The translations under genes and the position numbers were made by a program. A stretch of DNA of 64,000 nt from Candidatus Zixiibacteriota bacterium (GTDB taxonomy: Bacteria > Zixibacteria > MSB-5A5 > WJJR01), in assembly GCA_016235085.1 (NCBI GenBank), contig JACRMA010000016.1, positions 10,425 to 74,424 of the forward strand. Reading direction: 5' to 3'. The notes under the pieces are model-generated. The model saw only the letters and a program-made list of their open reading frames with translations. It was not told the DNA's origin and searched no databases. This document shows positions 10,554 through 20,451 of this stretch, piece after piece; positions within the stretch are counted from its first letter, which is position 1, and each line of letters opens with the position of its first letter.

Positions 10554-11774
10554 TTGGCAACTCCGAAGACCCAAACTCAGAGAAACTCTGTCGATCTGTT
10601 TGCGAAGTGCAGTTCATTCACCGCCGCCCGCGAAGTCATGGCGATGGGGGTATACCCCTATTTCCGGATGATTACCTCGGCCCCGGGCACCGTGGTCACC
10701 GTGGATGGCAAAGAACTGATCATGATTGGCTCGAATAACTACCTCGGGCTGACAAACCATCCCAAAGTCGTCGAAGCGGCTGCGGAAGCCTCCCGGCGCT
10801 ACGGGTCCGGATGCACCGGATCGCGGTTCTTGAACGGCACACTGGATTTGCACGTCGAGCTTGAGGCCCGACTGGCAAAATTCATGAAACGCCCCGCGGC
10901 GCTCGTGTTCTCGACCGGGTTTCAGACCAATCTGGGAACGATCTCCTGCCTGGTCGGGCGGACCGACACGATCTACGGCGACCGGTCCAATCACGCCTCC
11001 ATCGTCGATGGCTGCCGGCTGTCTTTTGGCCGGACCGTGAAATTCCAGCATAACGACATGGATGACCTGGCGCGGGTACTCGAATCCAATGCGAACGGCG
11101 GCGGGCAGTTGATTGTCGTCGACGGCGTCTTCTCGATGGAGGGGGACATCGTCGATCTGCCCAACCTGGTGCGTCTGGCCCAGGCTTACGGCGCCAGGGT
11201 CATGGTGGACGATGCTCATTCCATTGGCGTTCTCGGAGCCGGTGGCCGTGGCACCGCCGAGCACTTCAACTTGATCGACCAGGTCGACATCACGATGGGG
11301 ACATTCTCCAAGTCGTTTGCTTCACTGGGTGGATTCATCGTCGGCGATGAAGACGTCATTCACTACGTCAAGCATTTCTCCCGCGAATTGATCTTCTCCG
11401 CGTCGATGCCGCCGGCATCGGTGGCCTCGTGCCTGGCCGCGCTCGATATCATCGAGAGCGAGCCGGAACGCCGTGAACGCCTTTGGGCGATCACGCACCG
11501 GATGCACCATGATTTCCGCCAGTTGGGGTTCGAGATCGGCTGCACGCAAACGCCGATCATCCCCATCATGATCGGTGACGATCTGGTGGCCTTCCGATTC
11601 TGGAAGGAACTCACTGATCGCGGAATCTTCGCCAATCCCATCGTGTCCCCAGCTGTTCCCAAGGGACAAGCCCTGATCCGCACCTCCTATACCGCCACGC
11701 ACACCGATGCACAGCTCGATTACGTGCTGGAGACGTTCGCCTCGGTCGGGAAGATGCTCGGCGTGATCGAGTAG
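10554..11774 (+). CDS. spt: Alpha-oxoamine synthase, probably serine palmitoyltransferase
   Basis: GVYPYFR, GSNNYLGLT, GSRFLNGT, NHAS, DDAH, GTFSKS; resembles Bacteroides-type SPT from memory. Confidence 0.7.
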   Translation: MATPKTQTQRNSVDLFAKCSSFTAAREVMAMGVYPYFRMITSAPGTVVTVDGKELIMIGSNNYLGLTNHPKVVEAAAEASRRYGSGCTGSRFLNGTLDLHVELEARLAKFMKRPAALVFSTGFQTNLGTISCLVGRTDTIYGDRSNHASIVDGCRLSFGRTVKFQHNDMDDLARVLESNANGGGQLIVVDGVFSMEGDIVDLPNLVRLAQAYGARVMVDDAHSIGVLGAGGRGTAEHFNLIDQVDITMGTFSKSFASLGGFIVGDEDVIHYVKHFSRELIFSASMPPASVASCLAALDIIESEPERRERLWAITHRMHHDFRQLGFEIGCTQTPIIPIMIGDDLVAFRFWKELTDRGIFANPIVSPAVPKGQALIRTSYTATHTDAQLDYVLETFASVGKMLGVIE

Positions 11775-11779
11775 GGTTC

Positions 11780-11805
11780 GGAGTACGGCGACGCGTCGCC
11801 GCACT
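11780..11805 (+). repeat. Single GGAG-type REP upstream of RAYT
   Basis: GGAGTACGGCGACGCGTCGCCGCACT, same palindrome as REPs at 12345 and 12993. Confidence 0.85.
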
Positions 11806-11815
11806 AGTGGGTAGC

Positions 11816-12343
11816 ATGACTTGGCCCCATTCGCCGCCGCACTGGTTATTCGCTCCAGGGATTTACATGGTCACCGCCGGCACATATAGGCGGCTTCCCC
11901 ATTTGAGCACCTCCGAACGTCGGGATTTCTTTCTCACGGCCCTAATTTCGTGCGCAGAGGAGTTCGGATGGTTTCTTCAAGCATGGTCTGTTCTTCCCAA
12001 TCACTACCACTTCGTCGCAATGTCCCCCGATAATCCCGGGTCTCTCCGAAGGATGTTGGGGAAGCTCCACATGACGACTGCAAAACAGCTGAACATCTGG
12101 GATAACCAGCCGGGGCGAAAGGTGTGGTTTCAGTACTGGGATACGCGGATCACATTCGAGCGATCGTATCTTGCTCGATTGAATTATGTTCATTTCAATC
12201 CAATCAAGCATGGCATGGCTGAGAACGCAGAGGATTATCCCTGGTGTTCCGCCGCTTGGTTCTTCAAAACCGCCCCCGGTGACGTAATCGAGACGGTGCA
12301 ACGGTCAAAGAGCGATCAAATCCAAGTGCCTGACGAGTATTGA
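11816..12343 (+). mobile_element. REP-associated tyrosine transposase (RAYT/TnpA-REP, Y1 HUH family)
   Basis: YMVTAGT, LPNHYHF (HUH), YVHFNPIKHG, YPWCS; flanked by REPs. Confidence 0.9.
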
Positions 12344-12344
12344 G

Positions 12345-12430
12345 TTTGGAGTGCGGCGACAAGTCGCCGCAGGTAGGAGCGGGCGAGAGCCTTCGGCTCT
12401 CGCTGCGGCGACGCGTCGCCGCACTCCAAA
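12345..12430. repeat. REPIN 1: inverted GGAG-type REP pair with internal hairpin
   Basis: TTTGGAGTGCGGCGACAAGTCGCCGCA...GCGAGAGCC-TTC-GGCTCTCGC...TGCGGCGACGCGTCGCCGCACTCCAAA. Confidence 0.9.
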
Positions 12431-12534
12431 ATGAAAAGATGGTGGAATACTCGCCATCTTGAAACGTATTCCAGTTGCAGTAAAGGAAGGCGGCTGGAGG
12501 CGGCGGCTCGGACGCCTTCGTGGGGAGGTGTATC

Positions 12535-12990
12535 ATGCGACTGATTCGTTATTTGATTCTGGGAGCTTTGGTCGCCATGCTGGTGCTGGCCTGCAGCGAT
12601 TCCGGCACCCAACCGGGGGAAATCTGGTTGATGAGTTCGCAGAGCGAGTGTCATCAGAAGATTGACGTTGGTGTAAGAGGCGGGCAACCCTCGAAAGATG
12701 AGTTCTGGTACGAGAGCCGTTGCGACACGTTGCGCGTGCATCACGATGGACGTTCCGCGAATTGCTGTGCGAAGTTTGCCTATGAGATCGATCAGCAGGC
12801 GAATACTCTCACGCTGATCGAGACCGATACCTCGACCGTTCTCTGCCGGTGCGCTGATTGTCTATTCGATCTGACAGCGCAAATCTCGGGATTGAGCGGC
12901 GGGTCGTACACAATCAAAGTCCGCGACAGCAAATCCGACAGCCTGCTGGACAGTACGGTAGTGGGAATTGCTCCGTGCCTGCCGCAATAA
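12535..12990 (+). CDS. Cys-rich lipoprotein of unknown function
   Basis: GGAGG RBS, lipobox VLAC, NCC and CRCADC motifs. Confidence 0.75.
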   Translation: MRLIRYLILGALVAMLVLACSDSGTQPGEIWLMSSQSECHQKIDVGVRGGQPSKDEFWYESRCDTLRVHHDGRSANCCAKFAYEIDQQANTLTLIETDTSTVLCRCADCLFDLTAQISGLSGGSYTIKVRDSKSDSLLDSTVVGIAPCLPQ

Positions 12991-12992
12991 TA

Positions 12993-13078
12993 TTTGGAGT
13001 GCGGCGACGCGTCGCCGCAACGAGAGCCGAAGGCTCTCGTTTTCTCTTAACTGCGGCGACTTGTCGCCGCACTCCATA
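12993..13078. repeat. REPIN 2, approximately the reverse complement of REPIN 1
   Basis: TTTGGAGTGCGGCGACGCGTCGCCGCA...CGAGAGCCGAAGGCTCTCG...TGCGGCGACTTGTCGCCGCACTCCA. Confidence 0.9.
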
Positions 13079-13092
13079 ACTTGGAATTCGAA

Positions 13093-13557
13093 CTAAACTT
13101 CCTGGATTGTATCGCCGACGCGGATGACGCCATCGGTTAGAATCTGCGCGCGCAGACCTCCGCGATGAATCAGGCCGCGGAGGACGCCCTGTTGCGTGAG
13201 GCCTTCAAGATGGTTGCAGGGTTCGCACAGGCGAATGCCGCGCAGCTTTACTTCGCCCACCGTGAATTCGCGATTGACGAGGTGGTTGAGCGGAACACCG
13301 GCGGTCACGAGATTGCGCCGCGCGTCTTTGGGAGCGAGCGTGATTCCGGATTCCCGGCTTAACGCTTCGATGGCTTCTCTTTCAATCAGCGTGATTTCAC
13401 GATCTGGACCCGGCTTGGTCGAATAGGTGCCCGTTATCTCGCCATACCGGTCTCCCGCGAGACCTTTACCCGGCATGGCGCGCGCTTCAGAGATTGTCTG
13501 CATTTCGGTTCCCGCGCCGGGGGAAACACATATTTGATGGACGCGACCACTCCACAT
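13093..13557 (-). CDS. MOSC domain protein
   Basis: GLAGDRY, RRNL, CEPC, RGGLRA. Confidence 0.88.
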   Translation of the reverse strand: MWSGRVHQICVSPGAGTEMQTISEARAMPGKGLAGDRYGEITGTYSTKPGPDREITLIEREAIEALSRESGITLAPKDARRNLVTAGVPLNHLVNREFTVGEVKLRGIRLCEPCNHLEGLTQQGVLRGLIHRGGLRAQILTDGVIRVGDTIQEV

Positions 13558-13600
13558 TGCTGACTCCGAAAGGAAGTGATAATTGGTGCGGGCTTTTGCC

Positions 13601-13930
13601 TTACCAAATCCCGAGCTTGTCCTTGATTTCTTCGGAGACCATTGTCTTGGGATCCCAGGGTGGGTCCCAAACTACGACAACTTCCACCTGATTGACGCCT
13701 GGCAGATGGCCAACGGCTCTTTTGACGTCGGCAATCAATGTCGGGCCATATGGACAGTAAGGGGTTGTTAGCGTCATCCGAATGGTCACCATCTGGCCTT
13801 CGTTGGTGATGTCAATGCCGTAGACGAGCCCGAGATCGGTGACACTGAGTTCGATTTCCGGATCAAGGACAGTCCCCAGGGTTTCCATGATGACTTCTTT
13901 GGTTACGACTGATGTGGTCATGGCGTTCAT
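13601..13930 (-). CDS. sufT: DUF59/SufT-type Fe-S assembly factor
   Basis: DPEIELSVTDLGLVY, TLTTPYCP, WDPPW. Confidence 0.88.
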   Translation of the reverse strand: MNAMTTSVVTKEVIMETLGTVLDPEIELSVTDLGLVYGIDITNEGQMVTIRMTLTTPYCPYGPTLIADVKRAVGHLPGVNQVEVVVVWDPPWDPKTMVSEEIKDKLGIW

Positions 13931-13932
13931 CC

Positions 13933-14418
13933 TCACTCGGTAGTTGTGCTCCGGTCCGGCGCGTCGCCTTTCTTCTCTGCTTCCTCGAGCGCATCGATCA
14001 ATGTCATCCACGCCAGGAGGGCGCACTTGACGCGGACCGGGAAGTTCTTCACACCCTCGAGCGCATCGAGATCGCCAATATCCAACCCCGGCGGCGGCGG
14101 ATCGCCGTGCATCATCCGTTTGAATGCGTCGGCGAGACCTAGCGCCTCTTCGCGACTCTTGCCGGGGAGCAACTCAGCAAGCATGGAGGCCGATGCGACC
14201 GAGATCACGCAGCCCTTGCAGTTGACCGCGACATCTTCGACTGCGTTGTCGGTCAGCTTGACCGACATCGTGATGCGGTCACCGCAGACCGGATTGTAGC
14301 CATCACGGGTGAGATCAATCCGGTCGAGCGTCTTGTGTCCGCGTGGTGAACGGAAATGATCGAGAACCGTGTCCCGGTACAGGGCATCCAGTTCGATATC
14401 GTTTCTACCGTCGTCCAA
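13933..14418 (-). CDS. sufU: SufU Fe-S assembly protein
   Basis: NPVCGD, GCVIS.AS.S, PVRVKCA. Confidence 0.92.
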   Translation of the reverse strand: MDDGRNDIELDALYRDTVLDHFRSPRGHKTLDRIDLTRDGYNPVCGDRITMSVKLTDNAVEDVAVNCKGCVISVASASMLAELLPGKSREEALGLADAFKRMMHGDPPPPGLDIGDLDALEGVKNFPVRVKCALLAWMTLIDALEEAEKKGDAPDRSTTTE

Positions 14419-15685
14419 AAAATCTCCCGGCGCTTTGCAGCGCGTCGATCAAAGTATCAATGTCTTCACGGTTATTGTAAACGTAAAAGCTGGCGCGGGC
14501 AGTGGCAGTTTGCCCAAGGCGCTCCATCAACGGTTGCGCGCAGTGATGCCCGGCACGAATTGCCACGCCCTTGCGATCGAGGTAGGTGCTCAAATCGTGG
14601 GGGTGAATGTCGCTGTGATTGAACGAAATCACGCCGGCGCGCAATTGCGGGTCGGCCGGGCCGTGAATTTCCAGTTCGTCCACCGAATGCATTTTCTCCA
14701 GGGCGTATTCGGTCAGCTCAATCTCATGGCGTCGGACCTCGGTCATGCCGATTGATTCCAGATAATCGATGGCCGCGCCGAAGCCGATCACATCGGCAAT
14801 ATTCGGGGTTCCCGCCTCGAATTTCCATGGCAAATCGTTCCACGTGGCGGCGGTCATTGAGACGGTACGAATCATGTCGCCACCACCCAGGAATGGGTCC
14901 ATCGCTTCGAGCAGTTCACGTCGACCCCACAGCACACCAACCCCGGTTGGGCCAAGCATCTTATGCGCCGAGAAGGCGACAAAATCTGCGCCGAGCGTGG
15001 CGACACTGACCGGCATGTGAGGAACTCCCTGAGCGCCATCGACCAGCAAGAGTGCGCCGTGCTTATGAACCATCTCCGCGATTTCGGGCACCGGGTTGAT
15101 TGTCCCGAGAACATTGGACACATGAGTCAAGGCGACCAAACGGGTCCGGTTGGTGAATCGCTCGTTCCACTTCGACAAGTCGAGAGTTCCGTCATCGAGG
15201 ATGGGGATGTGACGCACCACCGCGCCGGTCCGCTTGGCGAGCATAAACCAGGGGACGAGATTGCTGTGATGCTCCATTTCGGAGACCAGGATCTCGTCGC
15301 CTGATTTCAGATTCTTTGTGCCCCAGGACTGTGCGACCAGATTGATCGACTCGGTCGTATTGCGAGTGAAAACAATCTCTTCGGTCTCTCCGGCGCCAAT
15401 GAACTTCGCCACCTTGGCGCGGGCGCCCTCATACTTGTCCGTGGCTTGTGCCGCCAGCGCGTAGAGACCGCGATGCACATTGGCATTGGTCTGGTGGTAG
15501 TAGTCGACCAGCACATTGATGACCGCTTCCGGCTTCTGCGTGGTCGCCGCGCTGTCGAGGTAGACCAGTGGACTCCCGTGGATCATGCGCTTAAGAATCG
15601 GGAAATCCTCGCGGGTGCTCGCGACTTCGCGTTTTGGCGGGGTCGGTGTGGCGGTCCGGATCGGCACGGTCGTCGTTGTGCTCAT
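14405..15685 (-). CDS. sufS: Cysteine desulfurase SufS
   Basis: YLDSAATTQKP, EHHSN, SAHKM, RAGHHCAQP. Confidence 0.96.
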   Translation of the reverse strand: MSTTTTVPIRTATPTPPKREVASTREDFPILKRMIHGSPLVYLDSAATTQKPEAVINVLVDYYHQTNANVHRGLYALAAQATDKYEGARAKVAKFIGAGETEEIVFTRNTTESINLVAQSWGTKNLKSGDEILVSEMEHHSNLVPWFMLAKRTGAVVRHIPILDDGTLDLSKWNERFTNRTRLVALTHVSNVLGTINPVPEIAEMVHKHGALLLVDGAQGVPHMPVSVATLGADFVAFSAHKMLGPTGVGVLWGRRELLEAMDPFLGGGDMIRTVSMTAATWNDLPWKFEAGTPNIADVIGFGAAIDYLESIGMTEVRRHEIELTEYALEKMHSVDELEIHGPADPQLRAGVISFNHSDIHPHDLSTYLDRKGVAIRAGHHCAQPLMERLGQTATARASFYVYNNREDIDTLIDALQSAGRFFGRR

Positions 15686-16008
15686 GAGTCCTGATCTCCC
15701 AAATCGACCAATACTTCACCGTTTTGAATTAAGGTCTTGTAGCTGCGGACTGGGAATGCCGCCGGCATCTTGAGCACTGCGCCGGTGCGCACGTCGAAAC
15801 AGGCGCCGTGACGTGGGCACTCGATCGCGTGACCCTCCAAAAGACCGGAGCCGAGGGGTCCATCGTCGTGGGTGCAGGTGTCATCGATGGCGAAAACCTG
15901 TCCGCCGACTTTGCAGAGCGCGATGCGTGTGCCGTTGGCTTGATACACGCGGGCTTCGCCCTCGGGGATTTCAGTGTCTTTGGCCACTCTGATGAAGTTG
16001 TCAGACAT
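15682..16008 (-). CDS. Rieske-type ferredoxin
   Basis: CTH...CPRHGACFD. Confidence 0.92.
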   Translation of the reverse strand: MSDNFIRVAKDTEIPEGEARVYQANGTRIALCKVGGQVFAIDDTCTHDDGPLGSGLLEGHAIECPRHGACFDVRTGAVLKMPAAFPVRSYKTLIQNGEVLVDLGDQDS

Positions 16009-17353
16009 TGGGAATTTCTCCGAGATGTGCGAGCACTTCCCCGTGGATTCGCTCGCGAACGCCATCGGGTATGTGCTTGAGAATCGGTTCGACAAAGCCG
16101 GTGACGATCAATCGGACAGCCTCCGCGGGATCGATGCCGCGTGCGCCGAGATAGAAGACTTCCTCCGGACTGACTTTGCCGACGGTGGCGCCATGAGTGC
16201 AGCGCACTTCATTATTGAGAATCTCCAACTCCGGGATCGATTCGGCCTTTGCCCCGCTGGAGAGCAGAAGATTGCGATTTTCCTGGTACGCCTCGCAGAA
16301 TTGGGCGTGGTCCTCGATGCGGATGAGCCCCGTGTAGGCGGAATGGGCGCGGCCGCGCAGGGCGACTTTGAAGTGCAGGTCACTGCGTGTATTCCCCGAC
16401 CGATGGTCATGGACTGTGTGATGATCGAATTGTTGACGGGCCCCGCCGATGGCCAGACCGAACATGTTGCTCTCCGCGCCTTTACCCGCGAGGATCGCGC
16501 CGCAGTCGACCTTGCTGACCTGTCCGCCCAAAGTGGTCATCACCGTTTCCATCTGGGTGTCGGCGTGCAGTCGGGCGCGTTGGGTCAGATAGGAAATCGT
16601 GTTGTTGCCCCAGTTCTGCACCGGCGCGTATTTGACGCGTGCCCCCGCCCCCAAGACCATTTCGACGATAGCGCTGGAGTGCGATGGGCCGTCCCCGTTC
16701 GATTGCCCCGATCCATATTCATCGATCAGCGTCAAGCTGGCCGAATCTTCGACAATCACCAGAAGCCTCTGCACGAGGGGGTAAGGCAGCCCCGATGCGG
16801 AGCTCAAGATATGAATTGGCTTCTCGATCTCAATTCCGCGCGGGACGTAGATCACGATCCCCGACGACCAGGCGGCTGTGTTGTATGCCTCGAACTTTCC
16901 GAAATCGGCGCCAACGAGCGACCCGAGATGTTCGCGGAGCAAATCGGGAAACGCCCGGGCTGCTTCCTGCAGATCAATCACCCGGACCCCGGCGGAGGCC
17001 AGCTTCGGGTCGATCGAGGCGACCATCTCTCGACCATCACGCAGGCTGGCGGCAGCGGAGAGTGAACCGGATGAAAACTCGGCCTGCAGGATCGTCGGCA
17101 GAAGTCCTTCGTCCTTTGTCCGTTGACCGCCGCCCAGGCCATTCGTGGTCAAGAACAGCGCCGGATCGGTGTAGCGCCAGAGGTGGCCCACACGTGACGG
17201 CAGCTCCGCCGACCGGAAATTTTCGAATGCCTGCTTTCGCATCCCCAGCAGCCAGTCAGGGCCACTGTGCTTTGATTTGATCTGTTCCCAGAGCGGATCG
17301 GTACCAAAATGGACGGTCCCGGATTGGGGTGTTTGTGCTGCAGCGCTGTTCAC
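16001..17353 (-). CDS. sufD: Fe-S assembly protein SufD
   Basis: WRYT, PELEI...[15 protein letters not shown]. Confidence 0.93.
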   Translation of the reverse strand: MNSAAAQTPQSGTVHFGTDPLWEQIKSKHSGPDWLLGMRKQAFENFRSAELPSRVGHLWRYTDPALFLTTNGLGGGQRTKDEGLLPTILQAEFSSGSLSAAASLRDGREMVASIDPKLASAGVRVIDLQEAARAFPDLLREHLGSLVGADFGKFEAYNTAAWSSGIVIYVPRGIEIEKPIHILSSASGLPYPLVQRLLVIVEDSASLTLIDEYGSGQSNGDGPSHSSAIVEMVLGAGARVKYAPVQNWGNNTISYLTQRARLHADTQMETVMTTLGGQVSKVDCGAILAGKGAESNMFGLAIGGARQQFDHHTVHDHRSGNTRSDLHFKVALRGRAHSAYTGLIRIEDHAQFCEAYQENRNLLLSSGAKAESIPELEILNNEVRCTHGATVGKVSPEEVFYLGARGIDPAEAVRLIVTGFVEPILKHIPDGVRERIHGEVLAHLGEIPNV

Positions 17354-18629
17354 CCGACCGATCCCTCCATTTCCAATTCAATCAGACGGTTCATTTCGAC
17401 CGCGTATTCCATCGGCAGTTGCTTCACGAACGGTTCGAAGAAGCCATTGACGATGAGCATTCGCGCTTCGTCTTCCGACAGGCCGCGGCTTTGCAGGTAG
17501 AAGATCTGCTCTTCAGCGATCTTGCTGACGCGGGCCTCGTGCTCGACGCGTACGTCGTCGCTGGAGATCTCCATCGTCGGGTACGTGTCCGACCGCGAAT
17601 TCTCGTCTAAGAGAAGCGTCCATCGCCGGCGAACGCCACCGACAGAATCTCGGCCTTGGCGCGTTCACCAACAAGATAGACACAGGGAAATTTCATTGTG
17701 AGCTTGGAACCGAGATTCGCATCGACCCATTCGACGGTCGCGTCGGTGTGTGCCATCGCGCGTTTGGTCACCAGATTGAATACGTTGTTCGACCAGTTCT
17801 GAATCGTGGTGTATCGTATGTACGCGCCGTCCATTGCGATCAGTTCCACAACGGCCGAGTGCAGCGAATCGCTCGAATAAGTCGGGGCAGTGCATCCTTC
17901 GATGTAGTGGACGCGCGATCCCTTGTCGGCGATGATCAGCGTCCGTTCGAACTGGCCCATATTTTTGGCGTTGATGCGGAAATATGCCTGCAGGGGAATC
18001 TTCACATCCGTGTCCGGGGGCACATAGATGAATGAACCGCCCGACCAGACCGCGCTGTTGAGCGCGGCGAATTTGTTATCGGTGGGGGGGATCACCGTGG
18101 CGAAATACTTCTTGACGATCTCCTCCTGCTCGCGCAATGCCGTGTCCATGTCCAGGAAGATAATGCCTTGCTTGGTCAGGTCTTCGCGCAACGAGTGGTA
18201 GACCACTTCGGATTCGTACTGCGCTGAGACACCGCCCAGGAATCTTTGCTCGGCTTCGGGAATTCCCAGCCGGTTGAACGTCTTCTTGATATTGTCGGGG
18301 ACATCATCCCACGATTTCTCGGTGCCTTCGGTGGATTTGAGGAAGTAATGGATGTTTTCAAACTGGATCGAATTAAGCAGCTCGGTATCGCCCCACTGCG
18401 GCATTGGCTTGGCGAAGAACGCGTCCAGCGCCTCATGGCGGAACTTGCGCATCCACTCCGGCTCCTTCTTGAGCTTAGAGATCATTGCCACAACTTCGTG
18501 GTCGATCCCCTTGGGCGCCTTGTGGAAATACTCATCCGGATCGGAGAAACCGTACCGCGCCTGATAATCCTCGCGGACATTCACAACCGGACGGATCTGT
18601 GTCTTCTGATTATTGGCTTCCATTGTCAT
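17350..18629 (-). pseudogene. sufB: sufB interrupted by an internal deletion/frameshift near 17620
   Basis: N-part ends [10 protein letters not shown]-part [17 protein letters not shown]...HEA is in another frame; roughly 50 conserved residues missing. Confidence 0.85.
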
Positions 18630-19399
18630 GCGACCTCGGCGATCCGGCTGACTTCCTTTTCAATCTTTTCATATCCCTCTTTCTCGAGCTGGGCCGCCAT
18701 TTCCGGTCCGCCCGAGCGCACGATCCGGCCACCCATGAAAACATGGACGTAATCCGGCTTCACGAAATTCAGAATGCGCTGGTAGTGGGTGACCAGAAGA
18801 ACGCCAACGTCCTTGTTGACCACCGTGTTGATGCCTTTGGAGACAATCTGCAAGGCATCGATATCGAGGCCCGAGTCAGTTTCATCCAGCAGGGCGATCC
18901 TGGGTTTGAGCATCGCCATTTGCAGGATCTCCAAACGTTTCTTCTCGCCGCCCGAGAAACCGTCGTTGACGTAGCGGGTGGCGAAAGCGGGATCGATCTC
19001 CAGACGCTCGAATTCGGCGAGCAGAGTTTTGCGGAATGTCTTCATTTCGGAGTCGTCTTTGACGCGCGCTTTGACCGCGGCGCGCAGGAAATTCGCGACG
19101 GTCACGCCGGGGATCGCGAGCGGGTATTGAAACGCCAGGAACATCCCTTGCCGCGAACGTTCATGCGGCGGCATCTCGGTGACGTTCTCGCCATTGACGA
19201 AGATCCGTCCGCTGGTGAGCGAATAGCTGGGGTGTCCCATCAGGGCGTTGACCAGCGTGCTCTTGCCGGAGCCGTTGGGACCCATGAGCGCGTGAATCTC
19301 GCCGCCTTTGATACTTAGCGTGACACCCTTGACCACCGGCTTGCTTTCGATGGACACGTGGATGTCTTCGCAACGAAATGGTATCTGTGCTTCTGTCAT
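18626..19399 (-). CDS. sufC: Fe-S assembly ATPase SufC
   Basis: [32 protein letters not shown]. Confidence 0.97.
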   Translation of the reverse strand: MTEAQIPFRCEDIHVSIESKPVVKGVTLSIKGGEIHALMGPNGSGKSTLVNALMGHPSYSLTSGRIFVNGENVTEMPPHERSRQGMFLAFQYPLAIPGVTVANFLRAAVKARVKDDSEMKTFRKTLLAEFERLEIDPAFATRYVNDGFSGGEKKRLEILQMAMLKPRIALLDETDSGLDIDALQIVSKGINTVVNKDVGVLLVTHYQRILNFVKPDYVHVFMGGRIVRSGGPEMAAQLEKEGYEKIEKEVSRIAEVA

Positions 19400-19448
19400 C
19401 GTTCTGCCTTTCGTTCATTCGAACACAAGGGAGCTCTTGTGCGCCGAT

Positions 19449-19514
19449 GTCACCCCCGCGAAAGCGGGGGGCCAGTGCTCGTCGACTCTGGATTCCCGCT
19501 TTCGCGGGAACGAC
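19449..19514. repeat. GTCATTCCCGCG-family palindromic repeat pair
   Basis: GTCACCCCCGCGAAAGCGGGGGGCCAG...CTGGATTCCCGCTTTCGCGGGAACGAC; related copy at 26623. Confidence 0.85.
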
Positions 19515-19561
19515 GGGTCAGTCGTGCCTCCAAATCATATTCATACGTAATCCCAAGTTCT

Positions 19562-20080
19562 TCATCCATTAATCACCGGCAAGCTGTGTGGCCTCGGCGC
19601 CGGTTGTCCGAGCAACTGGTCGATTGTCGCTTCCAAATGCTTGCGCAATGAAAACGACACCTTGCCTTCGTCGCCGATCAAGTCCGACAGCCGGATCCGG
19701 TGCAACACACCGCCGACCAGGCCATCGAGAACACCCCAAAGCGACCGCACCGAGCAGGCGCCCGAATTTACACAGATGGTCACATCGCCCGAGTGTTTTC
19801 CGCAAAATTCCGGATCGTACATCCGACCCGCGAGCGATTCCATAATCCGGCCAAGCGTGATCGCCGTCGCCGGCTCGCTGAGGGCATAGCCGCCCAGCCG
19901 TCCGCGCACACTTTGCACGAGTCCGCCCTCGCGCAGAATCATCATCAGCTTGCGGACATTGGCCACGGAGAGCCCTTCCTGCTCGGCGATTTCATGGATG
20001 GTCAGCGATTCTCCCTCGCTGACCCGCCCCAGGCGGAGCATGCAACGTAGACCGTATTCTTCGAGTGCGCTGACTTTCAT
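19562..20080 (-). CDS. Rrf2-family transcriptional regulator with three Cys (Fe-S sensor)
   Basis: EEYGLRC, SVRG..GGY.L, C-x8-C-x5-C; heads the suf operon. Confidence 0.9.
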   Translation of the reverse strand: MKVSALEEYGLRCMLRLGRVSEGESLTIHEIAEQEGLSVANVRKLMMILREGGLVQSVRGRLGGYALSEPATAITLGRIMESLAGRMYDPEFCGKHSGDVTICVNSGACSVRSLWGVLDGLVGGVLHRIRLSDLIGDEGKVSFSLRKHLEATIDQLLGQPAPRPHSLPVING

Positions 20081-20117
20081 CGTCTGTTCACCTTGCCACG
20101 ATTGATCCTCGCGGCAG

Positions 20118-20172
20118 AATGTATACGAAAAAGTATAGTATTTGCGAACAGAAATCGGGAAAGGAGTGTCAA
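20118..20172 (-). promoter_or_regulatory. Putative suf promoter/Rrf2 operator
   Basis: Minus-strand TTGACA at 20167-20172; AT-rich palindrome TATAC-N6-GTATA at 20122-20137. Confidence 0.45.
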
Positions 20173-20266
20173 ATGCCCACAAGTAATTTATTGACAGGAC
20201 GTTACGCGAACGCGTCAAGGCCGCTAAGATAGCGTACGACCTCGACGAAACAGTCGTGAATCCTCC

Positions 20267-20298
20267 AAAACACAGAGGCCGCCCGCAAGGACGGCCTC
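20267..20298 (-). terminator. Intrinsic terminator
   Basis: Minus strand GAGGCCG..CGGCCTC followed by TGTGTTTT. Confidence 0.6.
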
Positions 20299-20451
20299 GC
20301 ACCCTTCGCCGAAGCGAGAGGGGTAATAGTCTATAAGAGTCCCAGGGTCACGGGACGCCTGGGGCCGGCAGAACACGCGGTTCTGCCGGAGCGCTTGTCC
20401 TGACTGTCAAGCCAACTTGATCGACCTTTCGGGCTGAGCAAAGCAAAATGA

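Noticed and set aside
17350..18629. Programmed frameshift, intein or selenocysteine readthrough explaining the split genes
   Set aside because: Conserved sequence is missing rather than inserted; no slippery site; downstream parts are in other frames.
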